Shown piece after piece: positions 1-10,500 of a DNA stretch of 64,000 nucleotides. Origin of the DNA: an uncultured delta proteobacterium (GTDB taxonomy: Bacteria; Bdellovibrionota; FAC87; UBA2466); the NCBI GenBank assembly GCA_963778115.1, contig CAVZSV010000004.1, forward strand, positions 2,528,001 to 2,592,000, read 5' to 3'. The stretch's first letter is position 1, and every line of letters begins with the position of its first letter. A program made the position numbers and the translations under genes. The notes under the pieces were generated by a model. That model made no database searches. It saw only the letters and a program-made list of their open reading frames with translations, and was not told where the DNA came from.

Positions 1-113
1 TTCCCAGTGCGAGTCCAAGTCCGAGTCCAAGCCCGAAGGCGGGAGCGCCAGCCAAGCCGGCAACTCCGAGTCAGGCAGCTCCTTCAGGAGGAACGGCACC
101 GGCTAAGAAATAG
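1..113 (+). CDS. 3' end of a gene entering the window; Pro/Ser/Ala-rich tail, possibly preprotein translocase SecG
   Basis: Frame from nt 3 reads PSASPSPSPSPKAGAPAKPATPSQAAPSGGTAPAKK-TAG. It lies directly before tRNA-Leu(GAG), and the secG-tRNA-Leu(GAG) order is common in bacteria. Identity is inferred from context only. Confidence 0.4.
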   Translation, partial: PSASPSPSPSPKAGAPAKPATPSQAAPSGGTAPAKK

Positions 114-124
114 AAGTTTTTTGC

Positions 125-206
125 GCGCGGGTGGTGGAATTGGTAGACACGCATGTTTGAGGTGCATGTGCCGAAAGGTGTGAGGGTTCAAGTCCCTCCC
201 CGCGCA
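125..206 (+). tRNA. tRNA-Leu (GAG)
   Basis: Acceptor GCGCGGG/CCCGCGC-A, D-arm GGTGGAATTGGTAGACAC, anticodon loop TT-GAG-GT, long variable arm, T-arm GAGGG-TTCAAGT-CCCTC; CCA not encoded. Confidence 0.96.
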
Positions 207-233
207 ATTCCTTCCGCCGAAGGCGAAAGGAAT
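207..233 (+). terminator. hairpin directly after tRNA-Leu
   Basis: ATTCCTT-CCGCCGAAGGCG-A-AAGGAAT inverted repeat; weak U-tract. Confidence 0.4.
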
Positions 234-402
234 GCTTAATAATTAATCTTAACCTAAATCCCCAAACTGAATCAGAATCCAACCCTAGAAATATATCCGG
301 GCTAAATCCTCCGATCTAATAAGCGCTTCCTATTGATTATATTGAGTTATTACCCACTAGCTTGTGCTGATTGCCCCCGCTGTGGCATAACCTCTCCTCT
401 AA

Positions 403-1788
403 ATGTTAAGGCAGGCAAAGCGGATGTGGGATTCTTTTCAAAGGCGGACGCTACTAATAGCGCTGATGAGCCTTTCTGTGGTGGCTTCTGGCAAACCCAC
501 CCTCACTCTGATTAAGGAATCCACCGCGAATTACGCGTCCATTAATAGTTATTCGATTTTCCCCTATGGGACACAGACCTATTCTCATAATAGAGACACC
601 AGCGGTTGCAAGAATTTGATTCTTATCCATTCCGCACTCGATCATAAGGCCATCAATCAGTTCGAAATCCCGCGGGGCCTTTCGGTTAACCCTCAAAGCC
701 TTGTCGCTCATCTTGATGGGGATCCTTTCTTACTGCTATGGAACGTGAGTGAGCATACTCCGCTCTACGGCCTCTTCCCCATGACCGATACGTCCGCGCG
801 CGAAATCGGTCCTAAGGGTTATGAGCGCCGGGGATTTGGAAAAGCGTTCCTTTGGGGGAATATTCCGTACGTTTTGTTCTTAGGGAGATCCGCCGGAGGT
901 GATGTCTCCTTCTATCGAATGAATCTAAGCGATTTTCATGAAGACGAGTTTAAGGTTGTAGGAAGTGCCGAGTCCGACCATTTCGATCTGGTCGAACACG
1001 ACGGACACCTTTATGGTCTTGTGACCGGGGGAAATGCCACAACCGTATTTGATGTTTTCCGTGACCGACCGCTGGTTCCCGATAGGAGAATTAGTTTTGA
1101 CACCGTTCATCCTCAAGGACTTTCAGGGGGAAAACTATTCACCCTTAAGGAAAACGCCACGATCCCCTGTTTCGACAAGAAAACTTGGTGGGACACTCGT
1201 ACCCTATCCGTTAATTTCATGGAACCGTTTCACGAGGGCAGGGCCGACGTGGGAGAAGGAATGCTTCTTCCTTACCCATTTGGGGATGACCGCCTGGCCA
1301 GGCATCCTGGCGCCCCTGTTAATTTCCCACGGATTTTGAATCTAGATGCCTCGTTCTTTGTGGAAGCGGGAGAACTGTACGGGGTTTTTCCCATTGCTTG
1401 GACCGAGACCAGCAACCGGGATTTATTACGCCACTACATCTACAATCGAGAAAAGGCGTCTTTGGTCGAGGTCACTCTCCCTACAATGAAAGACGGAAGA
1501 AGCGGTCTGGAGTCTTCGAATTCAGGAATCCAAGTCTTTAAGGGCCCGGACGATCTTCACTATGGTATCTTGGTCAGCAAAGAGGGAATCGCCTATCTCA
1601 TTAGAATGGCTACGGGCCAGATAGTGTCCCAGTTGACTCTCCCTACGGTTCCTGCCGACGGTCGTTTCGAGGCCGATAGCCCGCATCTTTTTACTCGAGA
1701 GGTCGATTCGGTGGTGGAATACTATTTCACGGGAAATATTTCCAATTACAGACAGAACCGCACGTACACCGTTCGGATTGAATTCTAA
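403..1788 (+). CDS. hypothetical secreted protein
   Basis: 461-aa ORF with an N-terminal signal-like segment and beta-rich composition; no family recognised. Confidence 0.7.
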   Translation: MLRQAKRMWDSFQRRTLLIALMSLSVVASGKPTLTLIKESTANYASINSYSIFPYGTQTYSHNRDTSGCKNLILIHSALDHKAINQFEIPRGLSVNPQSLVAHLDGDPFLLLWNVSEHTPLYGLFPMTDTSAREIGPKGYERRGFGKAFLWGNIPYVLFLGRSAGGDVSFYRMNLSDFHEDEFKVVGSAESDHFDLVEHDGHLYGLVTGGNATTVFDVFRDRPLVPDRRISFDTVHPQGLSGGKLFTLKENATIPCFDKKTWWDTRTLSVNFMEPFHEGRADVGEGMLLPYPFGDDRLARHPGAPVNFPRILNLDASFFVEAGELYGVFPIAWTETSNRDLLRHYIYNREKASLVEVTLPTMKDGRSGLESSNSGIQVFKGPDDLHYGILVSKEGIAYLIRMATGQIVSQLTLPTVPADGRFEADSPHLFTREVDSVVEYYFTGNISNYRQNRTYTVRIEF

Positions 1789-1792
1789 TCGC

Positions 1793-2518
1793 TTAGGATT
1801 GTTTCTTGATATGCAGGTTGCCAGAGCCTGTCTTCATTAGAATCGTAAACTGGGCATCCGGACTTTCCCCCGCTTCATTGATCAGATCGCCACTTCCCGC
1901 CCTAAATGAGGTCTTAATCTTCGTGTCTTTGGGAAGTGTGATTTCGGCACCTCCGCTTCCTGAGCGGATATCTAATTCACCTTTCAGCGGCACGGAAGCA
2001 AAAGCGATTTTTATGGATCCACTGCCCACTTGGAGAACTCCTCCGGACTTTAATCCCGTTAAGAAGATATCCCCGCTTCCCGTCTTTCCGTCTAATTTTG
2101 TAATTTCAGACTTGGCATGCACAGAGCCACTCCCCACGGAAAAGTCTAGACTCCCTTGGGTCCCTTCGATCTTAATCGCACCACTTGCTGACTTCAGATC
2201 AAGAGATATCGCTTTGGGCACTGATATCTGGAAATTGACTTCGCACTCTTCGGCAAACATTCCGGACTGCTTCACCTCAACGAAAAGTTTCTTTCCTTGC
2301 GTCTCGACAGTCATCTTACACTGATCACCGAATTTCACTTTCTGGGCGGTCACGCTCGTTTCGAGAGCATTACTTCCCTTGACGTCGACACTTCCGCTGC
2401 CGTTACGGACCTCCAGAGCGGAGATTGCGGAGGCTTGGAAATCCCAAGTCTCAGCCGCAGCAGATAGGCATAAGCCTGAGAAAATAAGGCCGGTTAACAA
2501 GATAAGAAGGGCTTTCAC
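1793..2518 (-). CDS. DUF4097/adhesin-like beta-strand repeat protein, secreted
   Basis: Repeated xxSGSG-x-I/V motifs and a signal peptide; GTG at 2518 with GGAGGT RBS. Confidence 0.85.
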   Translation of the reverse strand: MKALLILLTGLIFSGLCLSAAAETWDFQASAISALEVRNGSGSVDVKGSNALETSVTAQKVKFGDQCKMTVETQGKKLFVEVKQSGMFAEECEVNFQISVPKAISLDLKSASGAIKIEGTQGSLDFSVGSGSVHAKSEITKLDGKTGSGDIFLTGLKSGGVLQVGSGSIKIAFASVPLKGELDIRSGSGGAEITLPKDTKIKTSFRAGSGDLINEAGESPDAQFTILMKTGSGNLHIKKQS

Positions 2519-2636
2519 AAATACCTCCAAAAACGATGCGCCAGTTTTACTAGAATTGCCGGGAGCGAGCAACTTAGGAGCTCAGCTTGACTTGGTGAGC
2601 CCAAAAAGGTTTACAGGAGGTCCCATAGGAGGATCG

Positions 2637-3569
2637 ATGGCGCGAGTAAGTGGTCGTTTTAGGGTGTTCGTTTTAGGGCCGGTGTTCAGTCTCTTTCTTA
2701 TTCACCTTTCAGCCCATTCGGCTCTGGCGTCACTCTTCAAACCGGGGCTCACCCAGATTCAATCGCTTAATTTCGATTTTGACGACAATGTTTTTATAAC
2801 TCCCACGGAAATCATGCTGCAAGATTTAGAGAAGAATAAAGAAGTCGGCATTTCCACGAGAAGCTGGGCCCTGATGAAACTGCAATACCCGGGGCAAGGT
2901 TTTAAGCTTAATCCCGACGGCCTCCGCTATTTCGGAGATACCAGCGAGTTCGGGGCTGAGCTTTTTCCCACGACGATCCGAAAGGCGTTGAAAACAGCAA
3001 ACTGGAAGGGTCCGGTCTGGGACGATTTTGTACAGGCGGTGCAAAATAAAAATTCTCGGCATTACGTCTCTATCATCACGGCTCGCCTTCATTCCCGCCA
3101 CTCCATTTATAGAGGACTCGAAGTCCTTGCCGACGCGAGAGACGAAAAAGGCGAAAGGATTCTAACGGCACTTCCGGAGGAAGACCGAATCTACCCGGTG
3201 GGATGGCCCGATCTGGAAAAAGAGTTCATTGATCCAGAGCATCCCGATGACATGGCCATTCGCAAAGCGAAAGTCATGATAAGCCTGCTTAACGAAGTGA
3301 ACGCAGTTGATGTTCCAAAGGATGCGACACCTATCGTCGATCGAGACGGCGGTAAGCAGAAGGCACGGCTTCATACCTGGATATTTTCGGACGATGACTA
3401 TAACAACATCTGGGTGGCCTACGAAAAACTGGCTCCTTTGGTGAAGAATTGGCCTAGAGTAAAAATTGTTTTATTTTTTACAGGCACCAACAATCCGGTC
3501 CGCAAGCCCCACTCCTTTGTCATTAAATCGGATGGAACGGCCAGACCTACCACGGAAGAAGAACGTTAA
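2637..3569 (+). CDS. HAD-superfamily-like protein with signal peptide
   Basis: FDFDDN (motif I-like), IITAR (motif II-like) and FSDDD (motif IV-like); AGGAGG RBS before ATG 2637. Confidence 0.65.
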   Translation: MARVSGRFRVFVLGPVFSLFLIHLSAHSALASLFKPGLTQIQSLNFDFDDNVFITPTEIMLQDLEKNKEVGISTRSWALMKLQYPGQGFKLNPDGLRYFGDTSEFGAELFPTTIRKALKTANWKGPVWDDFVQAVQNKNSRHYVSIITARLHSRHSIYRGLEVLADARDEKGERILTALPEEDRIYPVGWPDLEKEFIDPEHPDDMAIRKAKVMISLLNEVNAVDVPKDATPIVDRDGGKQKARLHTWIFSDDDYNNIWVAYEKLAPLVKNWPRVKIVLFFTGTNNPVRKPHSFVIKSDGTARPTTEEER

Positions 3570-3625
3570 TTCGGAGGATGGGGTAGGGTTGTCATTCCAG
3601 ACAAACCGAGCCATTGTCGGATTCG

Positions 3626-4492
3626 ATGCAATGGGAAAGCCTTACCGAATGTTTGCTATGCCACAGTGCAAAGATCGCCACACTGTGTGAGCAGAACCAT
3701 TTTTCCCAATGTTTGGATTGCGGTCTGGTTTTTGATAACCCGCGCCCGTCCTGGAATTCAATTCTGGAATTCTATTCCAAGGAAGAACAGTATGACGATT
3801 GGTTGAAAGAGGAGAGGGCGCGTGACGATCTGTGGCGTCGTCGCCTAAAGCTGATTCTTAGGCTTCAAAGTGGAGGACGACTCTTAGACGTCGGAGCCGG
3901 CATTGGCCAGTTTCTTCATGTTGCTAAGAGCCACTTCGAAGTCGAGGGGTCAGAAATTTCGCCGACTGCGATTGCCATCGCCAAGGATAAGTATGGCCTT
4001 AGTCTTCGTTCAGGAACGGTGGAGAGTTTGCGTTGGGAAAAGCCTTTCGACGTATTGACCCTCTTTCACGTTTTAGAACATGTTCCCGACCCTTCGCAAA
4101 CGCTCAAGATATGTCATTCCTTATTGTCTTTTCAGGGGCTACTAGTTATCGCAGTCCCCAATGACGTCGAAGCGATTTTGACTCGCAGAAATAGAATCAT
4201 GAAGCAATGGAAAAGGCCGAAGTATCAGATTCTGGGGAATCTTGGATTGCCGGCACTTACCCTTAGCGGATCAGAAATTCATCTGTCCCATTTTACTTCG
4301 AGTGTTCTGGCAACGGCTCTACGATCGCAGGGATTCGAAATCGTCGAAAATGGGCTCGATCCCTCCTTCGCCGCGACCGGCTGTCGAAAATTTAGGCGCC
4401 TCCGGCGTTACCACACTTATCGTGCCATCCAAGCGGTGTCAGGTCTAAATCTCTACGACACAATTTGGATAGCCGCGCGTAAGCGTCAGTAG
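3626..4492 (+). CDS. class I SAM-dependent methyltransferase with N-terminal Zn-ribbon
   Basis: CxxC...CxxC, LLDVGAGIG, FHVLEHV motifs. Confidence 0.9.
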   Translation: MQWESLTECLLCHSAKIATLCEQNHFSQCLDCGLVFDNPRPSWNSILEFYSKEEQYDDWLKEERARDDLWRRRLKLILRLQSGGRLLDVGAGIGQFLHVAKSHFEVEGSEISPTAIAIAKDKYGLSLRSGTVESLRWEKPFDVLTLFHVLEHVPDPSQTLKICHSLLSFQGLLVIAVPNDVEAILTRRNRIMKQWKRPKYQILGNLGLPALTLSGSEIHLSHFTSSVLATALRSQGFEIVENGLDPSFAATGCRKFRRLRRYHTYRAIQAVSGLNLYDTIWIAARKRQ

Positions 4493-4584
4493 CTTTCATG
4501 ATTGTGCCGGTTCGTACATAGGCCCCACGGCTCTTGCTCATTATTTAACCGATAACCTGAATTCAGACACACAGGAGGTGGAAC

Positions 4585-5217
4585 GTGAGTAAGCAAGGTA
4601 CGTTTCTGGCTGTGTTTTGCTTCCTAATGAGCTCTTCCGCTTATGCCGGGAATGCGATCGACATAGGCGATCTTCAAGCGTCTTACGCGCAAGCGTCGGC
4701 GACATTAACCGGGTTTCAAGACATCCAAATCATATCGGCACCGACGGAGATCACGGCTACGGATGCTAGCGGCAATAAGATATGCTCCTGCAGTACTACC
4801 GCTTCGGGTGTCGCTTCCGTCAGCTGCCAACAGAAGACGGTAACGTACTACACTGCCATATTGCGCTTTGAGAATATCGTCGCCGATTTTCCTTACCTGG
4901 TTAAAGATGGGCTGTCCTATCTTCAAGAAGGAGACACGGGCTTTTCGTCTATTCCAGGAACTAGGGTCTACCTCACCCTTCCCTTGGGAAACGTCGATCC
5001 AAATGGGTTAGGGGTCACCACCGCACTACTTGATGGCAGTTTTACTGACGTGAATAAAAAAATAGCCCAAACGTTTTTAAATGGGTCCGTCGGCTCTTTG
5101 TTGCAGATCTGTCAGGCCCGAATGGACATTCGCGTCTCCGATACGGATGGGAGCACTCATGTCACCGTCGTTTCTGGAACGTTGGAATCCTCCGCTTGCA
5201 CGGGTTTCGTCCACTAA
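4585..5217 (+). CDS. hypothetical secreted protein
   Basis: AGGAGG RBS, GTG start, signal peptide ending AYA. Confidence 0.7.
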   Translation: MSKQGTFLAVFCFLMSSSAYAGNAIDIGDLQASYAQASATLTGFQDIQIISAPTEITATDASGNKICSCSTTASGVASVSCQQKTVTYYTAILRFENIVADFPYLVKDGLSYLQEGDTGFSSIPGTRVYLTLPLGNVDPNGLGVTTALLDGSFTDVNKKIAQTFLNGSVGSLLQICQARMDIRVSDTDGSTHVTVVSGTLESSACTGFVH

Positions 5218-5393
5218 CGTTTTTGCTAAACGACGCGCCGCCCTTGGATAAGTTGGATGCAAACGACGACAATCGCCACGACTAAAAGGATGTGGATGTA
5301 TCCGCCCAAAGTATAGGAACTCACCACCCCTAATAGCCAAAGGACAAGCAATACGAAAAATAAGGTCCAAAGCATTGCATTCTCCTTCGAATT

Positions 5394-5603
5394 TTACTTT
5401 TTAGCAGGAGGGGTGTTTAGGACTTTATCGACGCCTTTTTTTACCGCGTCCTTAACGTCGCCGTAGGCCCGTTCCACTTTCGCCTTAATCTGTTCGCCGA
5501 CCCCTTCGGATTCCGTCCGGGTATTTCCCGTGAGATGGCCGACTTCTTCTTTGATTTTACCCTTGGTCTCGTGGAGGGTACTCTTTGCGTGTTGATTATT
5601 CAT
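5394..5603 (-). CDS. CsbD family stress protein
   Basis: KGKIKEEVGHLTGN...EG..EQ pattern, 69 aa, AGGAG RBS. Confidence 0.85.
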   Translation of the reverse strand: MNNQHAKSTLHETKGKIKEEVGHLTGNTRTESEGVGEQIKAKVERAYGDVKDAVKKGVDKVLNTPPAKK

Positions 5604-5663
5604 GACAAGCTCCTAGTAATTCGTCTTACCGACGATATTTATCCGACTGATAAGCTTTTACTG

Positions 5664-5680
5664 TGCAAGGAGCCGGCCAA
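5664..5680 (-). promoter_or_regulatory. sigma-54 (-24/-12) promoter candidate for the csbD-like gene
   Basis: minus strand TTGGCCGGCTCCTTGCA (GG-N10-GC). Confidence 0.55.
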
Positions 5681-5815
5681 TCATGTGGAGCATGCTATGC
5701 AGACACCCGCCGAGAAACTTGTGGTATCTAGAAGCTGAACTGTAACAATGATGCAAATTGTAGCGCTATATTTGAGTAGAAATCTCCGAAAAGCGGGAAA
5801 TGGGTACGTAGGGGT

Positions 5816-5832
5816 GCGGCATACTGCTTGCA
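5816..5832 (+). promoter_or_regulatory. sigma-54 promoter candidate for the Omp85-family gene
   Basis: GCGGCATACTGCTTGCA (GG-N10-GC). Confidence 0.5.
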
Positions 5833-5841
5833 GACTCAGCG

Positions 5842-6972
5842 GTGATGGAAAAGCGAATGATTTTCAGGGCTCCTCGCGGGGCGAGGGTGCTCGTTGCCGG
5901 GATAATGGTGTGGTCCGTCTTATTAACTCCGAATGCACTAGCCAGTGATCCCACGGTGACTGCCCTCAATTCAAGCACTGTCAGTGAGAACGCTGACACT
6001 TCCCACACTAAGAATGGCATCTCCGTGGCCCCCGTAGTTGGATATGATCCTACTTTTAGTTTTGTCTATGGGGCCGCCTTTTTTTACAGGGCAGATAGAT
6101 TTGCTTTCGGAACCGATTTCAATCTTAACTTCAAAAATGTCTACCAATTCCATGTACATGTCGATCATAGGTTTGCCGATGACTGGGAATATCAGATCCA
6201 TTCGACGAGTAATAAGGGCTTTGATCCTTATTATGGTGAAGGTGGAGAAACTCTGGTTTCGGACTTTACTCATATTTGGGGACTAAAATCGAGTACTCGA
6301 GCAAAAATCATCTACCATACGAGTAAAATATTTTCCGTGGGTGCCTATGGCGATGTACGTCTCATGGATGAAGGGCCGAGTCCGACCGGGGCATTTACCA
6401 GATTTTTTCCGGATGAAACGACCCTGGGTATCGGCCTCTGTGCAGAGATCGATACTAGGGACAATATTCAAGACACCAGAAATGGGTTTCGGTTTACGTT
6501 AGATGCTACTTATTTGCCTCACCAATTTAGCACTCTGTCCGCCTTGGAGGACGTGGGGCAGGTCGAAGGAAGTTTCGTCGTCTACAAACAGATTTTGGAC
6601 GAAGTGATTCCCGATACCATTGCGGCTTTTCAAGTGATGGGGGGAATGTCGTTAGGGAATCCCTCGTATATGTATCGGTATACTTTAGGAGGGGCGGATC
6701 AACTAAAGGGGTATTTAGACAATCGCTTCCGAGGGAAAAAGTATTACCTTCAGCAAACGGAATTACGTTTCCCTATTTGGAAGCTCTTCAGTGGAGCTGC
6801 TACCTTAGGTTTCGGAGATATTACGGACACCTCTTTCACGAATCCAAAATTGTCCTACGGAATCGGACTACGAATTGGTCTTCCCCCTGATTGGGTCAGT
6901 AAAGTCAGAATTGATGTCGCTTGGGGTCGAGACCAGTATGGTTTCTTTGTAAACTTCGGCCAAACTTTCTAA
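5842..6972 (+). CDS. Omp85/BamA-TamA family outer-membrane beta-barrel protein (short)
   Basis: DTRDN, LGG..LKGY..NRF, ELRFP and GIGLR motifs, C-terminal NFGQTF; signal peptide. Confidence 0.88.
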   Translation: MMEKRMIFRAPRGARVLVAGIMVWSVLLTPNALASDPTVTALNSSTVSENADTSHTKNGISVAPVVGYDPTFSFVYGAAFFYRADRFAFGTDFNLNFKNVYQFHVHVDHRFADDWEYQIHSTSNKGFDPYYGEGGETLVSDFTHIWGLKSSTRAKIIYHTSKIFSVGAYGDVRLMDEGPSPTGAFTRFFPDETTLGIGLCAEIDTRDNIQDTRNGFRFTLDATYLPHQFSTLSALEDVGQVEGSFVVYKQILDEVIPDTIAAFQVMGGMSLGNPSYMYRYTLGGADQLKGYLDNRFRGKKYYLQQTELRFPIWKLFSGAATLGFGDITDTSFTNPKLSYGIGLRIGLPPDWVSKVRIDVAWGRDQYGFFVNFGQTF

Positions 6973-6989
6973 GAAAAGCGAACCGGCGC

Positions 6990-7409
6990 CTAATTTGTCA
7001 TTTCGTTAACGACGTTGGAACTCGAGACGTTCCAAACTTCGGGCGGAAGGCGTTTTTCCACCGATTTAAGGGCCGCAAGACAAATAGTCAGAGGTGCCGA
7101 CTTTTCGATCGCAGCCCCTGATTCCAGGAATTGTCCCGCTTGGAGAAAACAAAGAAACTCTCCAGGGCTTTTCCAACGATCTCTAGGACCGATAATACCA
7201 AACCACATCCCGTTCTCGATTGGGATAAGCGTGACCCCCACTTTGTCGACGATTTCCCAAGCTGCAGCAATGTCGGCGCAATAATTTCGCAGCGGCCGAA
7301 TTTGACCCTGTCGAGTTTTCTCCTTCATGGTCCCTTTCTTTTGCCGAATCACCTGATGGCCGAGAACATATTGCGAGACCAGAGCATTCAATTCCATTCC
7401 GACGGTCAT
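6990..7409 (-). CDS. phage ABA-sandwich-like domain protein
   Basis: ELNALV...Y..DIAAAWEIVDK...APLTICLAALK pattern. Confidence 0.6.
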   Translation of the reverse strand: MTVGMELNALVSQYVLGHQVIRQKKGTMKEKTRQGQIRPLRNYCADIAAAWEIVDKVGVTLIPIENGMWFGIIGPRDRWKSPGEFLCFLQAGQFLESGAAIEKSAPLTICLAALKSVEKRLPPEVWNVSSSNVVNEMTN

Positions 7410-7566
7410 TTGATACCTCTTCCGTGCTGTAAGTTTTTGGTAACGCGATTCGTCTGAACATAAACATACAGCGGAAAAATTTGCAAAACTTTGAATTCCA
7501 CTTTGACAGTTTTTCCGGCGAGGAGTAACGGAGTAGAATTGCGACGATAGATCGATAGGAGGCGGT

Positions 7567-10500
7567 ATGGGATCAACCGTTACGACTAAAAGAACCTCAG
7601 CCGGTGCGCCCGCTAATGGCGGCGATAAGTCGTCCCTCTCACTCCCTCCGGTATCGAGACATTCGAAAAGCCCGACAACGCAGACGATCTCAAGAAAAAA
7701 TCGGATGGATCAGGAACTGGCGTCTCATGCGGCTGCCGTTGCCGCTGCTAGTCGAAGTGTCGCGCCTTTTGGTACGGCAGTGCCTCCGTTACTTGCGAAC
7801 CCGCCTCTAGAAGTCAGATCAGAAAAAGTTCAGCTACGGGATCTCTTACAAACGGTAAAGTCGGTCCGTCGCGGAGATTTTTCGGTTCGCTGTCCTATCG
7901 GTGTCGAAGGAATTATCAGTGAAATCAGTGAAGTGATGAATGACATCATCGAGCTCAACGAGAACATGGCGAGCGAGTTTGTCCGGGTAAGTAAGATCGT
8001 CGGACAAGAAGGAAAGATGACCGAGCGGGCGTCCATGGGTTCGGTAAAAGGAGCTTGGGCGACCAGTGTCGATTCGGTGAATTCCCTGATCGGCGACCTC
8101 GTACAACCCACTAACGAAGTGGCGCGCGTGATCACTTCCGTAGCGAAAGGCGACCTTTCCCAGAAGATGTCGCTCGAAATCGATGGCCGGCCGGTAAAAG
8201 GAGAGTTTTTCCGAATTGGAACTACCGTGAACGCCATGGTGGATCAGCTTAACTCCTTCGCTTCGGAAGTGACTCGTGTGGCGAAAGAGGTAGGTACTGA
8301 AGGAAAGCTGGGAGGCCAAGCGGATGTAAAAGGGGTCTCTGGAACGTGGAAAGATTTGACCGATAACGTGAACCACTTAGCCGGTAACCTTACCGCCCAG
8401 GTGCGTAACATCGCGAAGGTGACGACGGCGGTCGCGAAGGGCGATTTGTCCCAGAAGATTACGGTGGATGCCAAAGGAGAGGTCTATGAGTTGAAAAATA
8501 CGATCAACGTCATGGTGGACCAGCTTTCCTCATTCGCTGCGGAGGTGACTCGTGTCGCGAAAGAGGTAGGAACGGAAGGCCGCTTGGGAGGCCAAGCACA
8601 CGTAAAAGGCGTTTCTGGAACGTGGAAAGATCTCACTGATAATGTAAACGGTCTAGCAAATAACCTCACCGATCAGGTGCGAAACATCGCCAAGGTGACT
8701 ACAGCCGTTGCGAACGGCGATTTGTCTCAAAAGATCACTGTCGATGCTCGTGGTGAAATCCTCGAACTAAAAAATACGATTAACGTCATGGTGGATCAGC
8801 TGCGTTCGTTTGCCGCGGAAGTGACTCGTGTGGCGAAAGAGGTGGGTACCGAAGGAAAGTTGGGTGGCCAGGCGGATGTCAAAGGCGTGTCTGGCACTTG
8901 GAAAGATCTCACCGATAACGTGAATGGCTTGGCCAACAATCTAACCGCCCAAGTTCGAAACATCGCTAAAGTGACTACGGCCGTAGCGAATGGAGACCTG
9001 TCTCAGAAAATTACGGTCGATGCCCGGGGCGAGATTCTGGAACTGAAAGACACCATCAATACGATGGTCGACACTTTACGATCGTTCGCCGCTGAAGTGA
9101 CTCGTGTGGCGAAAGAGGTGGGTACCGAGGGAAAACTAGGCGGCCAGGCCGATGTGAAAGGTGTTTCTGGAACATGGAAAGACCTCACCGACAATGTGAA
9201 TGCGATGGCCGCGAATCTAACGGTCCAGTTGCGCGACGTATCCAAAGTGGCGACTGCCATTGCAAACGGCGACCTCTCTCAGAAAATCACGGTCGAAGTG
9301 AAAGGCGAAATCCTTCAGATTAAAGACGTGATTAATAAAATGGTGGACCAGCTTTCGACGTTCGCCGCCGAAGTCACTCGTGTCGCTAAAGAGGTAGGCA
9401 CAGAAGGCCGTTTAGGGGGCCAGGCGGATGTAAAAGGAGTTTCGGGCACGTGGAAAGATCTTACCGATAACGTGAACCAGCTAGCGGGAAATCTCACCTC
9501 TCAAGTGCGTAACATCGCGAAAGTGACGACGGCGGTTGCGAAAGGCGATTTGTCTCAGAAGATCACGGTCGATGCGCGGGGCGAAATCTTCGAGTTGAAA
9601 AATACGATCAACGTCATGGTGGATCAGCTGAACTCGTTTGCCGCGGAAGTGACACGAGTTGCGAAAGAGGTAGGTACCGAAGGAAAACTGGGCGGTCAGG
9701 CGGATGTAAAAGGAGTTTCGGGCACGTGGAAAGATCTTACCGATAACGTGAACCAGCTAGCGGGAAATCTCACCTCTCAAGTGCGTAACATCGCGAAAGT
9801 GACGACGGCGGTTGCGAAAGGCGATTTGTCTCAGAAGATCACAGTCGATGCGCGGGGCGAAATCTTCGAGTTAAAAAATACGATCAACGTCATGGTGGAT
9901 CAGCTGAACTCGTTTGCCGCGGAAGTGACACGAGTTGCGAAAGAGGTAGGTACCGAAGGAAAACTGGGCGGCCAGGCGGACGTAAAGGGAGTTTCGGGCA
10001 CGTGGAAAGATCTTACCGATAACGTGAACCAGCTAGCGGGAAATCTCACCTCTCAAGTGCGTAACATCGCGAAAGTGACGACGGCGGTTGCGAAAGGCGA
10101 TTTGTCTCAGAAGATCACGGTCGATGCGCGAGGTGAAATCTTAGAGTTAAAAGACACCATCAACACCATGGTCGATACGTTACGGTCCTTCGCCGCAGAA
10201 GTGACACGAGTTGCGAAAGAGGTAGGTACCGAAGGAAAACTGGGCGGCCAGGCGGACGTAAAGGGAGTTTCGGGCACGTGGAAAGATCTCACCGATAACG
10301 TGAACGCGATGGCGAGCAATCTTACGGTGCAGCTCAGAGACGTATCCAAGGTAGCCACTGCCATCGCCAACGGTGATTTGGGACAGAAGATTACGGTGGA
10401 TGTGAAAGGAGAAATTCTCCAGATTAAGGATGTCATCAACAAGATGGTCGACCAGCTGAACTCCTTCGCTTCTGAGGTAACACGAGTCGCGAAAGAGGTG

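Noticed and set aside
2379..2636. N-terminal extension of the HAD-like ORF
   Set aside because: It overlaps the divergent DUF4097 gene; the RBS supports ATG 2637.
6990..7409. Prophage remnant
   Set aside because: This is a single phage-associated domain with no other phage genes around it.
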